NCBI GenBank assembly: GCA_018716545.1
Contig: DVJU01000110.1
Coordinates: 1-59,173 of the forward strand
Source: Candidatus Scatomorpha pullicola
GTDB lineage: Bacteria > Bacillota > Clostridia > Oscillospirales > Oscillospiraceae
DNA length: 59,173 nucleotides
Reading direction: 5' to 3'
Position numbers and translations under genes: made by a program
The notes under the pieces: generated by a model
The model's database searches: none
Told to the model about the DNA's origin: nothing
What the model saw: the letters and a program-made list of their open reading frames with translations, nothing else
In this document: one piece after another, positions 8,474 through 16,098 of the stretch
Layout of the letters: every line of letters starts with the position of its first letter
Numbering within the stretch: the first letter of the stretch is position 1

Positions 8474-9205
8474 CTAAATCAAGGAGCGCAGAATGTCTCC
8501 CAGCTCGTCCCAGGCGGAGACGCGCTTGTACATGCACTGGGGCGGGATCCTGGCTTCGGGCTTGTAGGTGCACTTGAGCGGGCACTTGAACCATATCGGC
8601 CAGATGCCGGCGCGCGCGGCGCCCTCTATGTCGCAGCGCACGTCGTCGCCTATGAACCAGCACTGCTCCGGCTCCACGCCGGCCAAGCCCATGGCACGGC
8701 GGAAGATCCACTCGGACGGTTTGCGGAACACGCACTCGCTGGAGGCCACGACGAACTCAAAGTTGTGGAACGGCAGAGCCTCATCTATCCTGCGGCGCAG
8801 AACGTTGCCCGAAAACGAGATGTTGCTTATGACGGCCGTGCGTATACCCAGCCCGGCACACAGGCTCAGGAAGCGCTCTATGCCCTCCATAGGATAGATA
8901 GGCTCGGTGGCGCACCAGCGTATGTACTCCAGCTCCTCGAGCGGCACGTCGAATTTGAGGCCGAGGTAATCGTATATGGTCGCGTCCAGATTGAAGCCGT
9001 CTGTCTCCAGCTCCAGTGGGCGCATCTGGGAGAAAAGCTTCCTGTACGTACCCATGCAGAGATCGTTCAGCTCCACGGCCGTGATGCCGCGCGGGTTTTC
9101 CACGGCGTGCTCCATGACCGCCGACCATCCGGCCTGGTAGTCCTGCACAGGCTCGTAGCAGAGGGTGTGGCCGTAGTCAAAAAATATCATGTCCGGCTTG
9201 CGCAT
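8474..9205 (-). CDS. HAD-superfamily hydrolase
   Basis: 'IFFDYGHTL' (motif I), 'AVISNIS' and 'FIGDDVRCDIEGA' (motif IV). ATG at 9205 follows GGGAGG. Confidence 0.75.
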   Translation of the reverse strand: MRKPDMIFFDYGHTLCYEPVQDYQAGWSAVMEHAVENPRGITAVELNDLCMGTYRKLFSQMRPLELETDGFNLDATIYDYLGLKFDVPLEELEYIRWCATEPIYPMEGIERFLSLCAGLGIRTAVISNISFSGNVLRRRIDEALPFHNFEFVVASSECVFRKPSEWIFRRAMGLAGVEPEQCWFIGDDVRCDIEGAARAGIWPIWFKCPLKCTYKPEARIPPQCMYKRVSAWDELGDILRSLI

Positions 9206-9284
9206 ATTCTCGCCTCCCAACGAGCGTATTGTACCATGAAGCGCGCCTGTGCGCAAGTGTGCGCGCGAACCGTCCGGGGATGAC

Positions 9285-9320
9285 AAAAAGCAAGCGAGCC
9301 GCTGCTTGTCGCGGCTCGCT
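9285..9320 (-). terminator. Terminator after xerD
   Basis: 10-bp stem AGCGAGCCGC/GCGGCTCGCT, followed by a T-rich run on the minus strand. Confidence 0.7.
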
Positions 9321-9329
9321 CGACCATAT

Positions 9330-10220
9330 TTACGCTCTCGGATGAGCTTTGTTGTAGACGTCCTTGATCTGCTTTTTGACCAGGTGGGCATATATCTGCG
9401 TGCTGGACAGGTCGGAGTGACCGAGCATCTCCTGTATGGAGTGGAGGTCTGCGCCGTTTTCCAGCAGATGCGCCGCGAAGGAGTGGCGCAGCGTGTGCGG
9501 CGTGATGTCCTTGTCTATGTGAGCCTTGGCCTGATAGTGCTTCACTATCTTCCAGAAGCCCTGACGAGTCATCCTTGCGCCGTTCACGTTTACGAACAGC
9601 GCCTGCTCGTTCTCGGAGGCTATCATGTTCGGGCGTATGAACTCCACGTACTCGGCCAGAGCCTTGACCGCCTTGCTGTACAGCGGTATCGTGCGCTCCT
9701 TATCCTTTTTGCGGCAGCGGATAATGCCGAGGGGCAGGTTCACGTCCGACACATTCAGCGATATCAGCTCGGTGACGCGGATGCCCGTGGCGTACAGCAG
9801 CTCGAGCATGGCGCGGTCGCGATAGCCCTTGGCGTCGGTGCACTCGGGCTGCTCGAGCAGAAGCTCGACCTCCTTGCTGGTGAGGATCTGCGGCAGCTTT
9901 TTCTCAAGCTTTTCAGATATGAGCGAGGCGGCGGGATTCTGCACTATCTGGCCGATTGCGAAGAAATGCTTGTAAAAGCACTTGAATGTGGCAATGCAGC
10001 GTGATATAGTAGCCGGGCTCTTGCCTATGTGGCGCAGCCAGTCGACGTACAGGCCGAGCTCCTTTTCACCGGCATCCAGCAAGTTGGGCATATTGTGCTC
10101 GTCAAGATACTCGCTGAGCTGGCGCATGTCGCGCATATAACTCGATATTGTGTTGTCCGATGACTTGCGCTCGTTTTTCAGATAATCGCTGAACTGGGCA
10201 AGAGCAACCGAATCCTGCAC
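9330..10220 (-). CDS. xerD: Site-specific tyrosine recombinase XerD/XerC
   Basis: 'ATGIRVTELISL', 'HTLRHSFAAHLLENGADL...LGHSDLSSTQIYAH' (the R..HxxR..Y catalytic set). Probable GTG start at 10220. Adjacency to spoIIM is typical of Clostridia. Confidence 0.85.
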   Translation of the reverse strand: MQDSVALAQFSDYLKNERKSSDNTISSYMRDMRQLSEYLDEHNMPNLLDAGEKELGLYVDWLRHIGKSPATISRCIATFKCFYKHFFAIGQIVQNPAASLISEKLEKKLPQILTSKEVELLLEQPECTDAKGYRDRAMLELLYATGIRVTELISLNVSDVNLPLGIIRCRKKDKERTIPLYSKAVKALAEYVEFIRPNMIASENEQALFVNVNGARMTRQGFWKIVKHYQAKAHIDKDITPHTLRHSFAAHLLENGADLHSIQEMLGHSDLSSTQIYAHLVKKQIKDVYNKAHPRA

Positions 10221-10246
10221 CGTCTCATCCCCTTCTGTCCCACTTT

Positions 10247-10843
10247 TTAAATCAGCAGCCGCACAAGCGGCGGCACGATATAGCACTCCACCGCTGCGGC
10301 GGCAAACAGCAGCAGCGCCACTGCCAGCGCGCAATTGTCGCGTCCGCGCCTGACGGGAGGCAAAGGCCGGCGCATGAACCCGGCCAGCAGACGCATCGAA
10401 AACATCTCACCCCAGTGTGCCGCGACAAACAGCGCCGGCACGGTAAAGAGCGCCGGGAAGCCGAGCACCAGCAGCGAAACCACAGTCCCGGTCTCGGGAT
10501 AATTCGCGGTGAGATATGCGGTGGAGCAGGCGAGCGCAAAGCCCCTGAAGGCAAGCGCCGCCGGAATAAGTAAAACCCCCAAGAGTGAGGTTGAAAAAAG
10601 CAAGACAAAAAGGTGATATCGCGCACAGGAGAACAGCAGTCCGGCGTAAGTGCTGTAGCCGTAGATGCTTCCATCTCCTGGCATAAGAGCCTCTCCGGCG
10701 GGGAGCTGCTCGCTGCCCGCCACGGCTCCTGCGATCGCGCCGGCAATAAAGAAGCCGGCGAGAACCAAGAGCACAACCAGCTCTCGCCCGCGCCCGAGCA
10801 GGCGCGTGGTGTCTATATGTGTAAGTCCGTGCGCGAGCTTCAT
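10247..10843 (-). CDS. spoIIM: Stage II sporulation protein M
   Basis: 198-aa polytopic membrane protein located immediately upstream of xerD, the conserved spoIIM-xerD pair. No clear SD at the annotated ATG. Confidence 0.65.
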   Translation of the reverse strand: MKLAHGLTHIDTTRLLGRGRELVVLLVLAGFFIAGAIAGAVAGSEQLPAGEALMPGDGSIYGYSTYAGLLFSCARYHLFVLLFSTSLLGVLLIPAALAFRGFALACSTAYLTANYPETGTVVSLLVLGFPALFTVPALFVAAHWGEMFSMRLLAGFMRRPLPPVRRGRDNCALAVALLLFAAAAVECYIVPPLVRLLI

Positions 10844-11153
10844 GGATCACGACCCACGAGGGTCGCGGCTGCGTGTGGCGCAGAACGGCAATTTACATAA
10901 TTCAAGTAGGCACAATATAATACAAAATTCATCAGTAATCAAGTCCTTTGTCAAAATAAGCGTAAGTTTGTGAATTATGCCCATGTTTTATGTCAACAAT
11001 ATTATGTTAACTTCGTCTACCAGCGAAAAAGAATAATTCAGCATTTTCACCGTGTTACACTATATTTAGTGGGTGTGTTTTCCTCTCTCACACTGTATCT
11101 AGGTTATAAAACACGACTTATGTCTACCGAGACGAATATTACAGATAGTTATA

Positions 11154-11579
11154 TTATTTGTGCCTGCGCTTTTTGTTTTTGCGTTTTACGCGCTTTATGC
11201 GCAGCGCGCCGCCGAAGGCGCCTCCGGCCAGAGCCGCTATCACGTGCCTTAGGCACTGAGCGTTGAAGGCTCCCTGCCCCGGAACCGCAAGGGAGACTAT
11301 CACCAGCGCCGCCGCCAGGATGCCCCCCGTGATAAGGCCTGTCTGCATGACCATCTGCCCTCTCGCTCCGCTTGCCGCCGCAGCCCCTGCCGTACCGGCG
11401 AGGAAGACGCAGGTGATAACAAGTTCTTCCATCAGGCCGAACGGCAGAACCTCGTGAGCCAGCAGCAGCGAGCACAGGTACAGCAGCAGAGGCAGGCTTA
11501 TCACCGCCAGCAGCGGCCCGAGTATATACCATTTCAGCTTGGTTTTGCGCCGCGCGCGGCGCTCGGCTTGCACAGTCAT
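11154..11579 (-). CDS. Small membrane protein, TIGR04086/YrzE-like
   Basis: Four hydrophobic segments and a basic C-terminal tail. The ATG at 11579 follows GGAGGG. It lies downstream of yajC. Confidence 0.5.
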   Translation of the reverse strand: MTVQAERRARRKTKLKWYILGPLLAVISLPLLLYLCSLLLAHEVLPFGLMEELVITCVFLAGTAGAAAASGARGQMVMQTGLITGGILAAALVIVSLAVPGQGAFNAQCLRHVIAALAGGAFGGALRIKRVKRKNKKRRHK

Positions 11580-11583
11580 AGAA

Positions 11584-11633
11584 AAATCCCTCCGACGCAG
11601 GTGTTTGTACATCCTATTACGTCGGAGGGATTT
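11584..11633 (-). terminator. yajC terminator hairpin whose 3' arm contains the SD of the next gene
   Basis: 14-bp perfect stem AAATCCCTCCGACG/CGTCGGAGGGATTT with a 22-nt loop and T5 on the minus strand. Confidence 0.65.
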
Positions 11634-11652
11634 TAATTCGTGATATCAGTGA

Positions 11653-12054
11653 TTAGTCCTTGGGAGCTTCGTCGACGCTGTTCTCCTCGCCGGAGGTCTT
11701 GGCCTTCTTCTTGCTCTTGGCCGCACGGGCGGCGGCCTCCTGGGCGGCGCGTTCCTTCTCCTCGCGGACATTGGAGGAGATAGCCCACTTGGTCACCTGG
11801 AGGCGGACACGGTCTTCGCCGGTCTCGAAGGTGACGGTGTCCTCGGTCACCTGTACGACTTTGCCCATAATGCCGCCGATGGTGACTATTTCGTCGCCGA
11901 GAGAGATGTTGTTGCGCATCTCGGTGAGCTTTTTCTTGCGCTTGTTCTCCGGGCGTATCAGGAAGAAATAGAACACCACGAAGATGATGACCAGGAACAG
12001 GATGGACGACATCCCGCCCGCGGCCGATGTGCCAGTGAGTATGTTGTGGAACAT
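11653..12054 (-). CDS. yajC: Preprotein translocase subunit YajC
   Basis: 'FFLIRPENKRKKK...GDEIVTIGGIMGKVV' YajC signature, plus a charged C-terminal extension. Confidence 0.85.
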   Translation of the reverse strand: MFHNILTGTSAAGGMSSILFLVIIFVVFYFFLIRPENKRKKKLTEMRNNISLGDEIVTIGGIMGKVVQVTEDTVTFETGEDRVRLQVTKWAISSNVREEKERAAQEAAARAAKSKKKAKTSGEENSVDEAPKD

Positions 12055-12092
12055 GTGTTTGCTTACCTCCAGCCAAATGATACAGTGTGTAG

Positions 12093-12121
12093 ATTATAAC
12101 CCGTTATTTTCAAAATTGCAA
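12093..12121 (-). promoter_or_regulatory. Sigma-A-type promoter for yajC (TTGCAA-17-TATAAT)
   Basis: The hexamers are read on the minus strand between tgt and yajC. Confidence 0.6.
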
Positions 12122-12126
12122 GGATT

Positions 12127-13263
12127 TTATATTCTGGTGTCGAGGACGGCGCTGTACTGCCTGCGGAAGGCCTCGAAGCTTCCGGCGTCAAGGGCGTCGC
12201 GGATGCGCTGCATGAGGCTGTTGTAGAACCACAGGTTGTGCGTCACGGCAAAGCGCATGGCGAGCATTTCCTCGGCCTTGAACAGGTGGCGCAGGTACGC
12301 CTTGGAGTATCGCCGGCACACGGGGCAGCCGCACTCCGGGTCTATGGGCGACTCGTCGCGCTCGTACTTCGCGTTCTTGATATTGATGATGCCGCGCCAG
12401 GTGAACAGGTGCCCGTGGCGGCCGTTGCGGGCGGGCATAACGCAGTCGAAGAAGTCCACTCCCCTGCTGACGGCCTCCAGGATGTTGCCGGGCGTGCCGA
12501 CGCCCATCAGATAGCGGGGCTTGTCCTTGGGCATGTGCTCCTCCACGACCTCTATGGTGTCGTACATCTCCTGCGCGGTCTCGCCCACCGCAAGTCCGCC
12601 TATGGCGTATCCGGCGAGATCCAGCTCGGCTATGCGCTTCATGTGCTCCACGCGGATGTCGTGGAACACCGCGCCCTGGTTGATGCCGAAAAGCACCTGT
12701 CCCGGGTTGACGGCATCCGGCTCGGCGTTATAGCGCTCCAGCGCGGCCTTGCACCGCTCCAGCCAGCGGACGGTGCGGTCGCACGAGGCCTTAACGTAGT
12801 CGTAGGGCGAGGGTATCTTAATGCACTCGTCGAAGGCCATGGCTATGTCGCTGCCCAGGTTGGCCTGTATGCGCATGCTCTCCTCCGGACCCATGAATAT
12901 GTGCCGTCCGTCGACGTGTGAGTTGAAGCGCACGCCGTCCTCCCCTATTTTGCGCAGCTCCGCCAGGGAAAATATCTGGAAGCCGCCGCTGTCCGTGAGT
13001 ATCGGTCCGTCCCAGGTCATGAATCTGTGCAGCCCGCCGAGCGATTTGATGAGCTCGTCTCCCGGGCGGACGTGGAGATGATAGGTGTTCGACAGCTCTA
13101 TCTGGCATCCTATCTCCTTCAAGTCCCGCGCGGACAGCGCGCCTTTTATCGCGCCCTGCGTGCCGACGTTCATGAAAACCGGCGTCTGCACGGTGCCGTG
13201 CGGGCAGGTGAACTCGCCCCTGCGGGCGCGCCCCTCCTGCTTTATTACTTTGAACAAGAGCAT
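12127..13263 (-). CDS. tgt: tRNA-guanine transglycosylase (queuine tRNA-ribosyltransferase)
   Basis: 'TPVFMNVGTQGAIKG', 'LTDSGGFQ' and a 'CxCxxC' zinc motif 'CGCPVC'. Confidence 0.95.
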   Translation of the reverse strand: MLLFKVIKQEGRARRGEFTCPHGTVQTPVFMNVGTQGAIKGALSARDLKEIGCQIELSNTYHLHVRPGDELIKSLGGLHRFMTWDGPILTDSGGFQIFSLAELRKIGEDGVRFNSHVDGRHIFMGPEESMRIQANLGSDIAMAFDECIKIPSPYDYVKASCDRTVRWLERCKAALERYNAEPDAVNPGQVLFGINQGAVFHDIRVEHMKRIAELDLAGYAIGGLAVGETAQEMYDTIEVVEEHMPKDKPRYLMGVGTPGNILEAVSRGVDFFDCVMPARNGRHGHLFTWRGIINIKNAKYERDESPIDPECGCPVCRRYSKAYLRHLFKAEEMLAMRFAVTHNLWFYNSLMQRIRDALDAGSFEAFRRQYSAVLDTRI

Positions 13264-13287
13264 CCCTCCTGAGTTTTAACAGCGTAT

Positions 13288-13316
13288 AGTTTATATTCCG
13301 GGCTCCCTCTTGTCAA
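13288..13316 (-). promoter_or_regulatory. Possible sigma-A promoter for tgt (TTGACA-17-TAAACT)
   Basis: Perfect -35 but a weaker -10, read on the minus strand. Confidence 0.4.
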
Positions 13317-13429
13317 TCCCGTTTGTTCCGTCCGCCCTGCGGAGAGGTACGAATTACAGTAAAATTATACCTCGGCTCTCGCCTTTGGACAAGCGGACTT
13401 TTTATATGGACAGTAATTCTCCGGCGCGC

Positions 13430-13458
13430 TTGCGTTTTGGAGTATATTGTGCTAAAAT
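13430..13458 (+). promoter_or_regulatory. Sigma-A promoter with extended -10 for the DtxR-family regulator (TTGCGT-17-TAAAAT, TGc)
   Basis: TGCTAAAAT extended -10 lies 30 nt upstream of the ATG. Confidence 0.5.
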
Positions 13459-13488
13459 ACTTAAAAATTTGCAAGTGAGGCTCAGCAA

Positions 13489-13890
13489 ATGAAAATTCAG
13501 GAATCAGCCGAAAACTATCTCGAGACAATTCTCGTCCTTCACAAGCGCAAGGGGATAGTGCGCTCCATAGATATTGCAAATGAGATGAATTTTTCCAAGC
13601 CCAGCGTCAGTGTCGCGATGAAGAATCTCCGCCTCGGGGGATATATCAAGGTCGATGACGACGGCAATATTACCCTGCTCGACAAGGGGCTGGAGATTGC
13701 CGAGAAGATATATGAACGTCACACTCTCCTCTCCTCCTGGCTTGCTTCAATGGGCGTCGACCCTGAGGTCGCCGCCGAGGACGCCTGCCGTATGGAGCAC
13801 GTTATCAGCAGCGAGACTTTTGACGCGCTCAAACGCCACGTCACCACCATGAGCGAGCTGCTTAAAGAAAAGGGCGCCGGGCAGGCGTAA
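13489..13890 (+). CDS. Metal-dependent transcriptional repressor, DtxR/MntR family (no C-terminal SH3-like domain)
   Basis: 'ESAENYLETILVL...VRSIDIANEMNFSKPSVSVAMKNL' winged HTH, plus the 'RHTLLSSWL...DACRMEHVIS' metal-binding/dimerisation helix. Confidence 0.85.
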   Translation: MKIQESAENYLETILVLHKRKGIVRSIDIANEMNFSKPSVSVAMKNLRLGGYIKVDDDGNITLLDKGLEIAEKIYERHTLLSSWLASMGVDPEVAAEDACRMEHVISSETFDALKRHVTTMSELLKEKGAGQA

Positions 13891-13896
13891 AAATAA

Positions 13897-13920
13897 GCCC
13901 CGAATTTTTCCGTTCGGGGC
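13897..13920 (+). terminator. Possible terminator hairpin after the regulator gene
   Basis: 8-bp stem GCCCCGAA/TTCGGGGC. No clear T-run on the plus strand. Confidence 0.4.
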
Positions 13921-13955
13921 GTTGCTGTCATTGTGGATATTTAGCGTATAAAAAT

Positions 13956-13994
13956 GCGACATAGCCGCCCTTTGTACAAGGGCGGCTATGTCGC
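13956..13994. terminator. Strong bidirectional terminator
   Basis: 17-bp perfect stem GCGACATAGCCGCCCTT/AAGGGCGGCTATGTCGC, flanked by A/T runs, between convergent genes. Confidence 0.8.
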
Positions 13995-14000
13995 GTTTTA

Positions 14001-14423
14001 TTAGGTTAGCGCTTTTCCCAGCGCCTCGCAGGCGGCCTGGGCTTCCTCGTCGGGGGCGTCGGTGCATATCACGCTCTCGCCGGCCAGGACGGCGCCATAG
14101 CCCTTCGCCGTATTCTCCCAGGTGCGCATCCACTCCCCGTCTCCCCAGCCGTAGGAGCCGAATAGAGCTATCCTCTTGCCCTTGAGTGCGGCCTTGCAGG
14201 ACTCGAACATAGGCTCGAACTCGTCCTCCTCCAGCTGCTCGCTGCCCATGGCGGGGCAGCCGAAGGCTATGGCGTCGTAATCCGCCGCCTTACCGGCGTC
14301 AAATTCGGAGCAGGTCAAGACCGCCGCCTCAGCTCCGGCGGATCTGGCTCCTTCGGCAACCTTGTTGGCCATGGTCTCGGTGTTGCCGGTTCCGCTCCAG
14401 TATACGACTGCAATTTTGCTCAT
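14001..14423 (-). CDS. Short-chain flavodoxin
   Basis: 'IAVVYWSGTGNTE' FMN phosphate-binding loop and 'GSYGWGDGEW'. Confidence 0.9.
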   Translation of the reverse strand: MSKIAVVYWSGTGNTETMANKVAEGARSAGAEAAVLTCSEFDAGKAADYDAIAFGCPAMGSEQLEEDEFEPMFESCKAALKGKRIALFGSYGWGDGEWMRTWENTAKGYGAVLAGESVICTDAPDEEAQAACEALGKALT

Positions 14424-14463
14424 TCTTGTACCTCTTTTCTTGATATTGATGAATATGGCGTAC

Positions 14464-14478
14464 GAATACTATGTATTC
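14464..14478. promoter_or_regulatory. Perfect 6-3-6 palindrome GAATAC-TAT-GTATTC between DUF3793 and flavodoxin
   Basis: Read directly from the sequence. It starts 1 nt after the DUF3793 stop, 41 nt upstream of the flavodoxin ATG. Confidence 0.3.
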
Positions 14479-15033
14479 TCATGCCGCCACTGTAAGCTGC
14501 TGCACGCTCCTGCCCAGGTTCCAGAGCCGGATGTAGACCTCGCTGCACTTGCGATAGCTCTTGAAGCGCCGCTGGGCGTCCTGCTCATCTCCATACACCT
14601 GCCAGTAGCCCGTACACTTGCTGTTTTTTCCGCCGTCTTGTATGAATCCCAGCACATCTGTCAGAGGATAGCCCAAAAACAGGCCGATTTCGTGCGGAAA
14701 GCTTTCACAGGTGCAGACACGCCTGCGGAGCTGGCGGAGGATGTCCTCGGTGTTTTCGTGCTCATAGCCGCAGGAGCGCAGCAGCTCCTCAGCGCCGGGA
14801 CAGGCCAGGTCGCGCTTGAGCTGCGAAAGGCGTCCCATGTAGATAAGCGCCCTCCCGCGGCGGTATCTCAATATGGTGAGTATCAGTCCCTTGGGAGCCA
14901 GCTGCGCCTGCCATTCGGCCACCTGGCGCGTCAGCTCGCCGGCGTCGTCCTCGATCACGCCGAAAAGCGATCCGGTCTTCAGCGAGGCCAGAGTCGGCGC
15001 GCACTGTTCGACAAGATATTTCTCAAGGCACAT
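14479..15033 (-). CDS. DUF3793-family protein
   Basis: 184 aa. 'LVEQCAPTLASLKTGSLF' and 'CESFPHEIGLFLGYPLTDV' resemble the DUF3793 family as I recall it. Confidence 0.65.
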   Translation of the reverse strand: MCLEKYLVEQCAPTLASLKTGSLFGVIEDDAGELTRQVAEWQAQLAPKGLILTILRYRRGRALIYMGRLSQLKRDLACPGAEELLRSCGYEHENTEDILRQLRRRVCTCESFPHEIGLFLGYPLTDVLGFIQDGGKNSKCTGYWQVYGDEQDAQRRFKSYRKCSEVYIRLWNLGRSVQQLTVAA

Positions 15034-15036
15034 ATA

Positions 15037-15324
15037 TCACACCGCCCTGCCGTACTCCTGGAGCGTTGCACGCAGAGCCGTGGCGCTGCTGGTCATGACC
15101 CGAGCCACGGGCACGTCGTTCTTCTTCGCCTCCTGTGTGACGCTGAGCACCATCTTGTGCGAGACAGTGCTGATGAAAAGTATCAGCAGATCCGGCGTTC
15201 CAAGCTTCTTCTTGAGTGAACCGTGCTCTTTGGTGAACACCTTTGCCTTGTATCCGTGCTCGCGACAGATGCTCTCATACTGTCCGGCCATGCGTTCATT
15301 CCCGCCAACAATAACGACGCTCAT
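15037..15324 (-). CDS. DUF2325-family protein
   Basis: 95 aa. 'VVIVGGNERM...LLILFISTVSHKMV' is a Rossmann-like small domain. ATG at 15324 follows GAAAGGAAGGG. Confidence 0.6.
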   Translation of the reverse strand: MSVVIVGGNERMAGQYESICREHGYKAKVFTKEHGSLKKKLGTPDLLILFISTVSHKMVLSVTQEAKKNDVPVARVMTSSATALRATLQEYGRAV

Positions 15325-15352
15325 AGTCCCTTCCTTTCTATAGCTGGGCATA

Positions 15353-15414
15353 TTAGTTAGTGATATCTAACTTTACTTCAAATGAATTGCCGCCATATAG
15401 TTAGTGGCGACTAA
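15353..15414. promoter_or_regulatory. Operator-like repeats in the promoter region of the DUF2325 operon
   Basis: Direct repeat TAGTTAGTG at 15354-15362 and 15398-15406. Each overlaps an inverted repeat: AGTTAG-n6-CTAACT at 15355-15372 and TTAGT-n4-ACTAA at 15401-15414. Confidence 0.3.
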
Positions 15415-15477
15415 TTTATGTTTTGATTCTACTATACTCCCGCGTCCGCGTCAAGCTTTTTTTGCACGGAGGCAAAT

Positions 15478-15510
15478 AAAAAATTCCGGGTCGGCTGACC
15501 CGGAATTTTT
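15478..15510 (-). terminator. Rho-independent terminator of the kor operon
   Basis: 11-bp stem AATTCCGGGTC/GACCCGGAATT with loop GGCT, flanked by A6 and T5. Confidence 0.8.
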
Positions 15511-15523
15511 ATTCACTTAATAA

Positions 15524-16084
15524 TCAGACGTGGGCTTCCTTTGCGGCGTGACCGATCTCCCAGCCGCGGCGGAACGCGGCCTCGTTTATCGGGTTCAGCT
15601 CGGGACGCTTGGAGCCGAGCTTCTTGAAAGCGGTCTGGAGCACGTTCTCGGCGGGCAGGATCTCGGTGTAGCCGATTATCGCGCCGACGATCACGAGGTT
15701 CAGCACCTTGGGGTTGCCCAGCTCTATGGCGATGGAGCCGGCGTCGACCTTGACGACGTGGATATCGTCGCGGGTAGGCTCTATCGTGACGACGGAGCTG
15801 TTGGTGAAGATGGTGCCTCCGGGCACGACCGCGTCCTTGAACTTGGCCATGCTCGGGTCGTTGAGGCAGACGACGTAGTCGGCCTGGTTGACCTTGGGCG
15901 CGCCGACCGGGTCGTCGGAGATGACGACGTAGCAGTTGGCCGTGCCTCCGCGCATTTCAGCGCCGTAGCTGGGGAAATACGTGACGTACTTGTCGGTAGT
16001 CTCACAGGCGGTGTAGCTCAGGAGCTGGCCGGCGACCATGACGCCCTGACCGCCGAAACCGGCAATGATGAAGGATTTTTCCAT
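15524..16084 (-). CDS. korC: 2-oxoacid:ferredoxin oxidoreductase, gamma subunit
   Basis: 'IIAGFGGQGVM..GQLL' gamma-subunit signature. Last gene of the four-gene operon. Confidence 0.85.
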   Translation of the reverse strand: MEKSFIIAGFGGQGVMVAGQLLSYTACETTDKYVTYFPSYGAEMRGGTANCYVVISDDPVGAPKVNQADYVVCLNDPSMAKFKDAVVPGGTIFTNSSVVTIEPTRDDIHVVKVDAGSIAIELGNPKVLNLVIVGAIIGYTEILPAENVLQTAFKKLGSKRPELNPINEAAFRRGWEIGHAAKEAHV

Positions 16085-16098
16085 GTTCGCTCCCCCTC

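Noticed and set aside
10970-11266. A 98-aa plus-strand ORF in the AT-rich spacer.
   Set aside because: It has no RBS and runs into the antisense of the TIGR04086-like gene. Its odd composition (Cys/Tyr/Arg) points to a chance ORF in AT-rich DNA.
15353-15372. Interpreting the AGTTAG-n6-CTAACT site as a canonical IdeR/DtxR iron box (TTAGGTTAGCCTAACCTAA).
   Set aside because: Only the half-site resembles the consensus. The spacing between half-sites is 6 nt instead of 1 nt. I keep it as an unassigned operator candidate rather than a named box.
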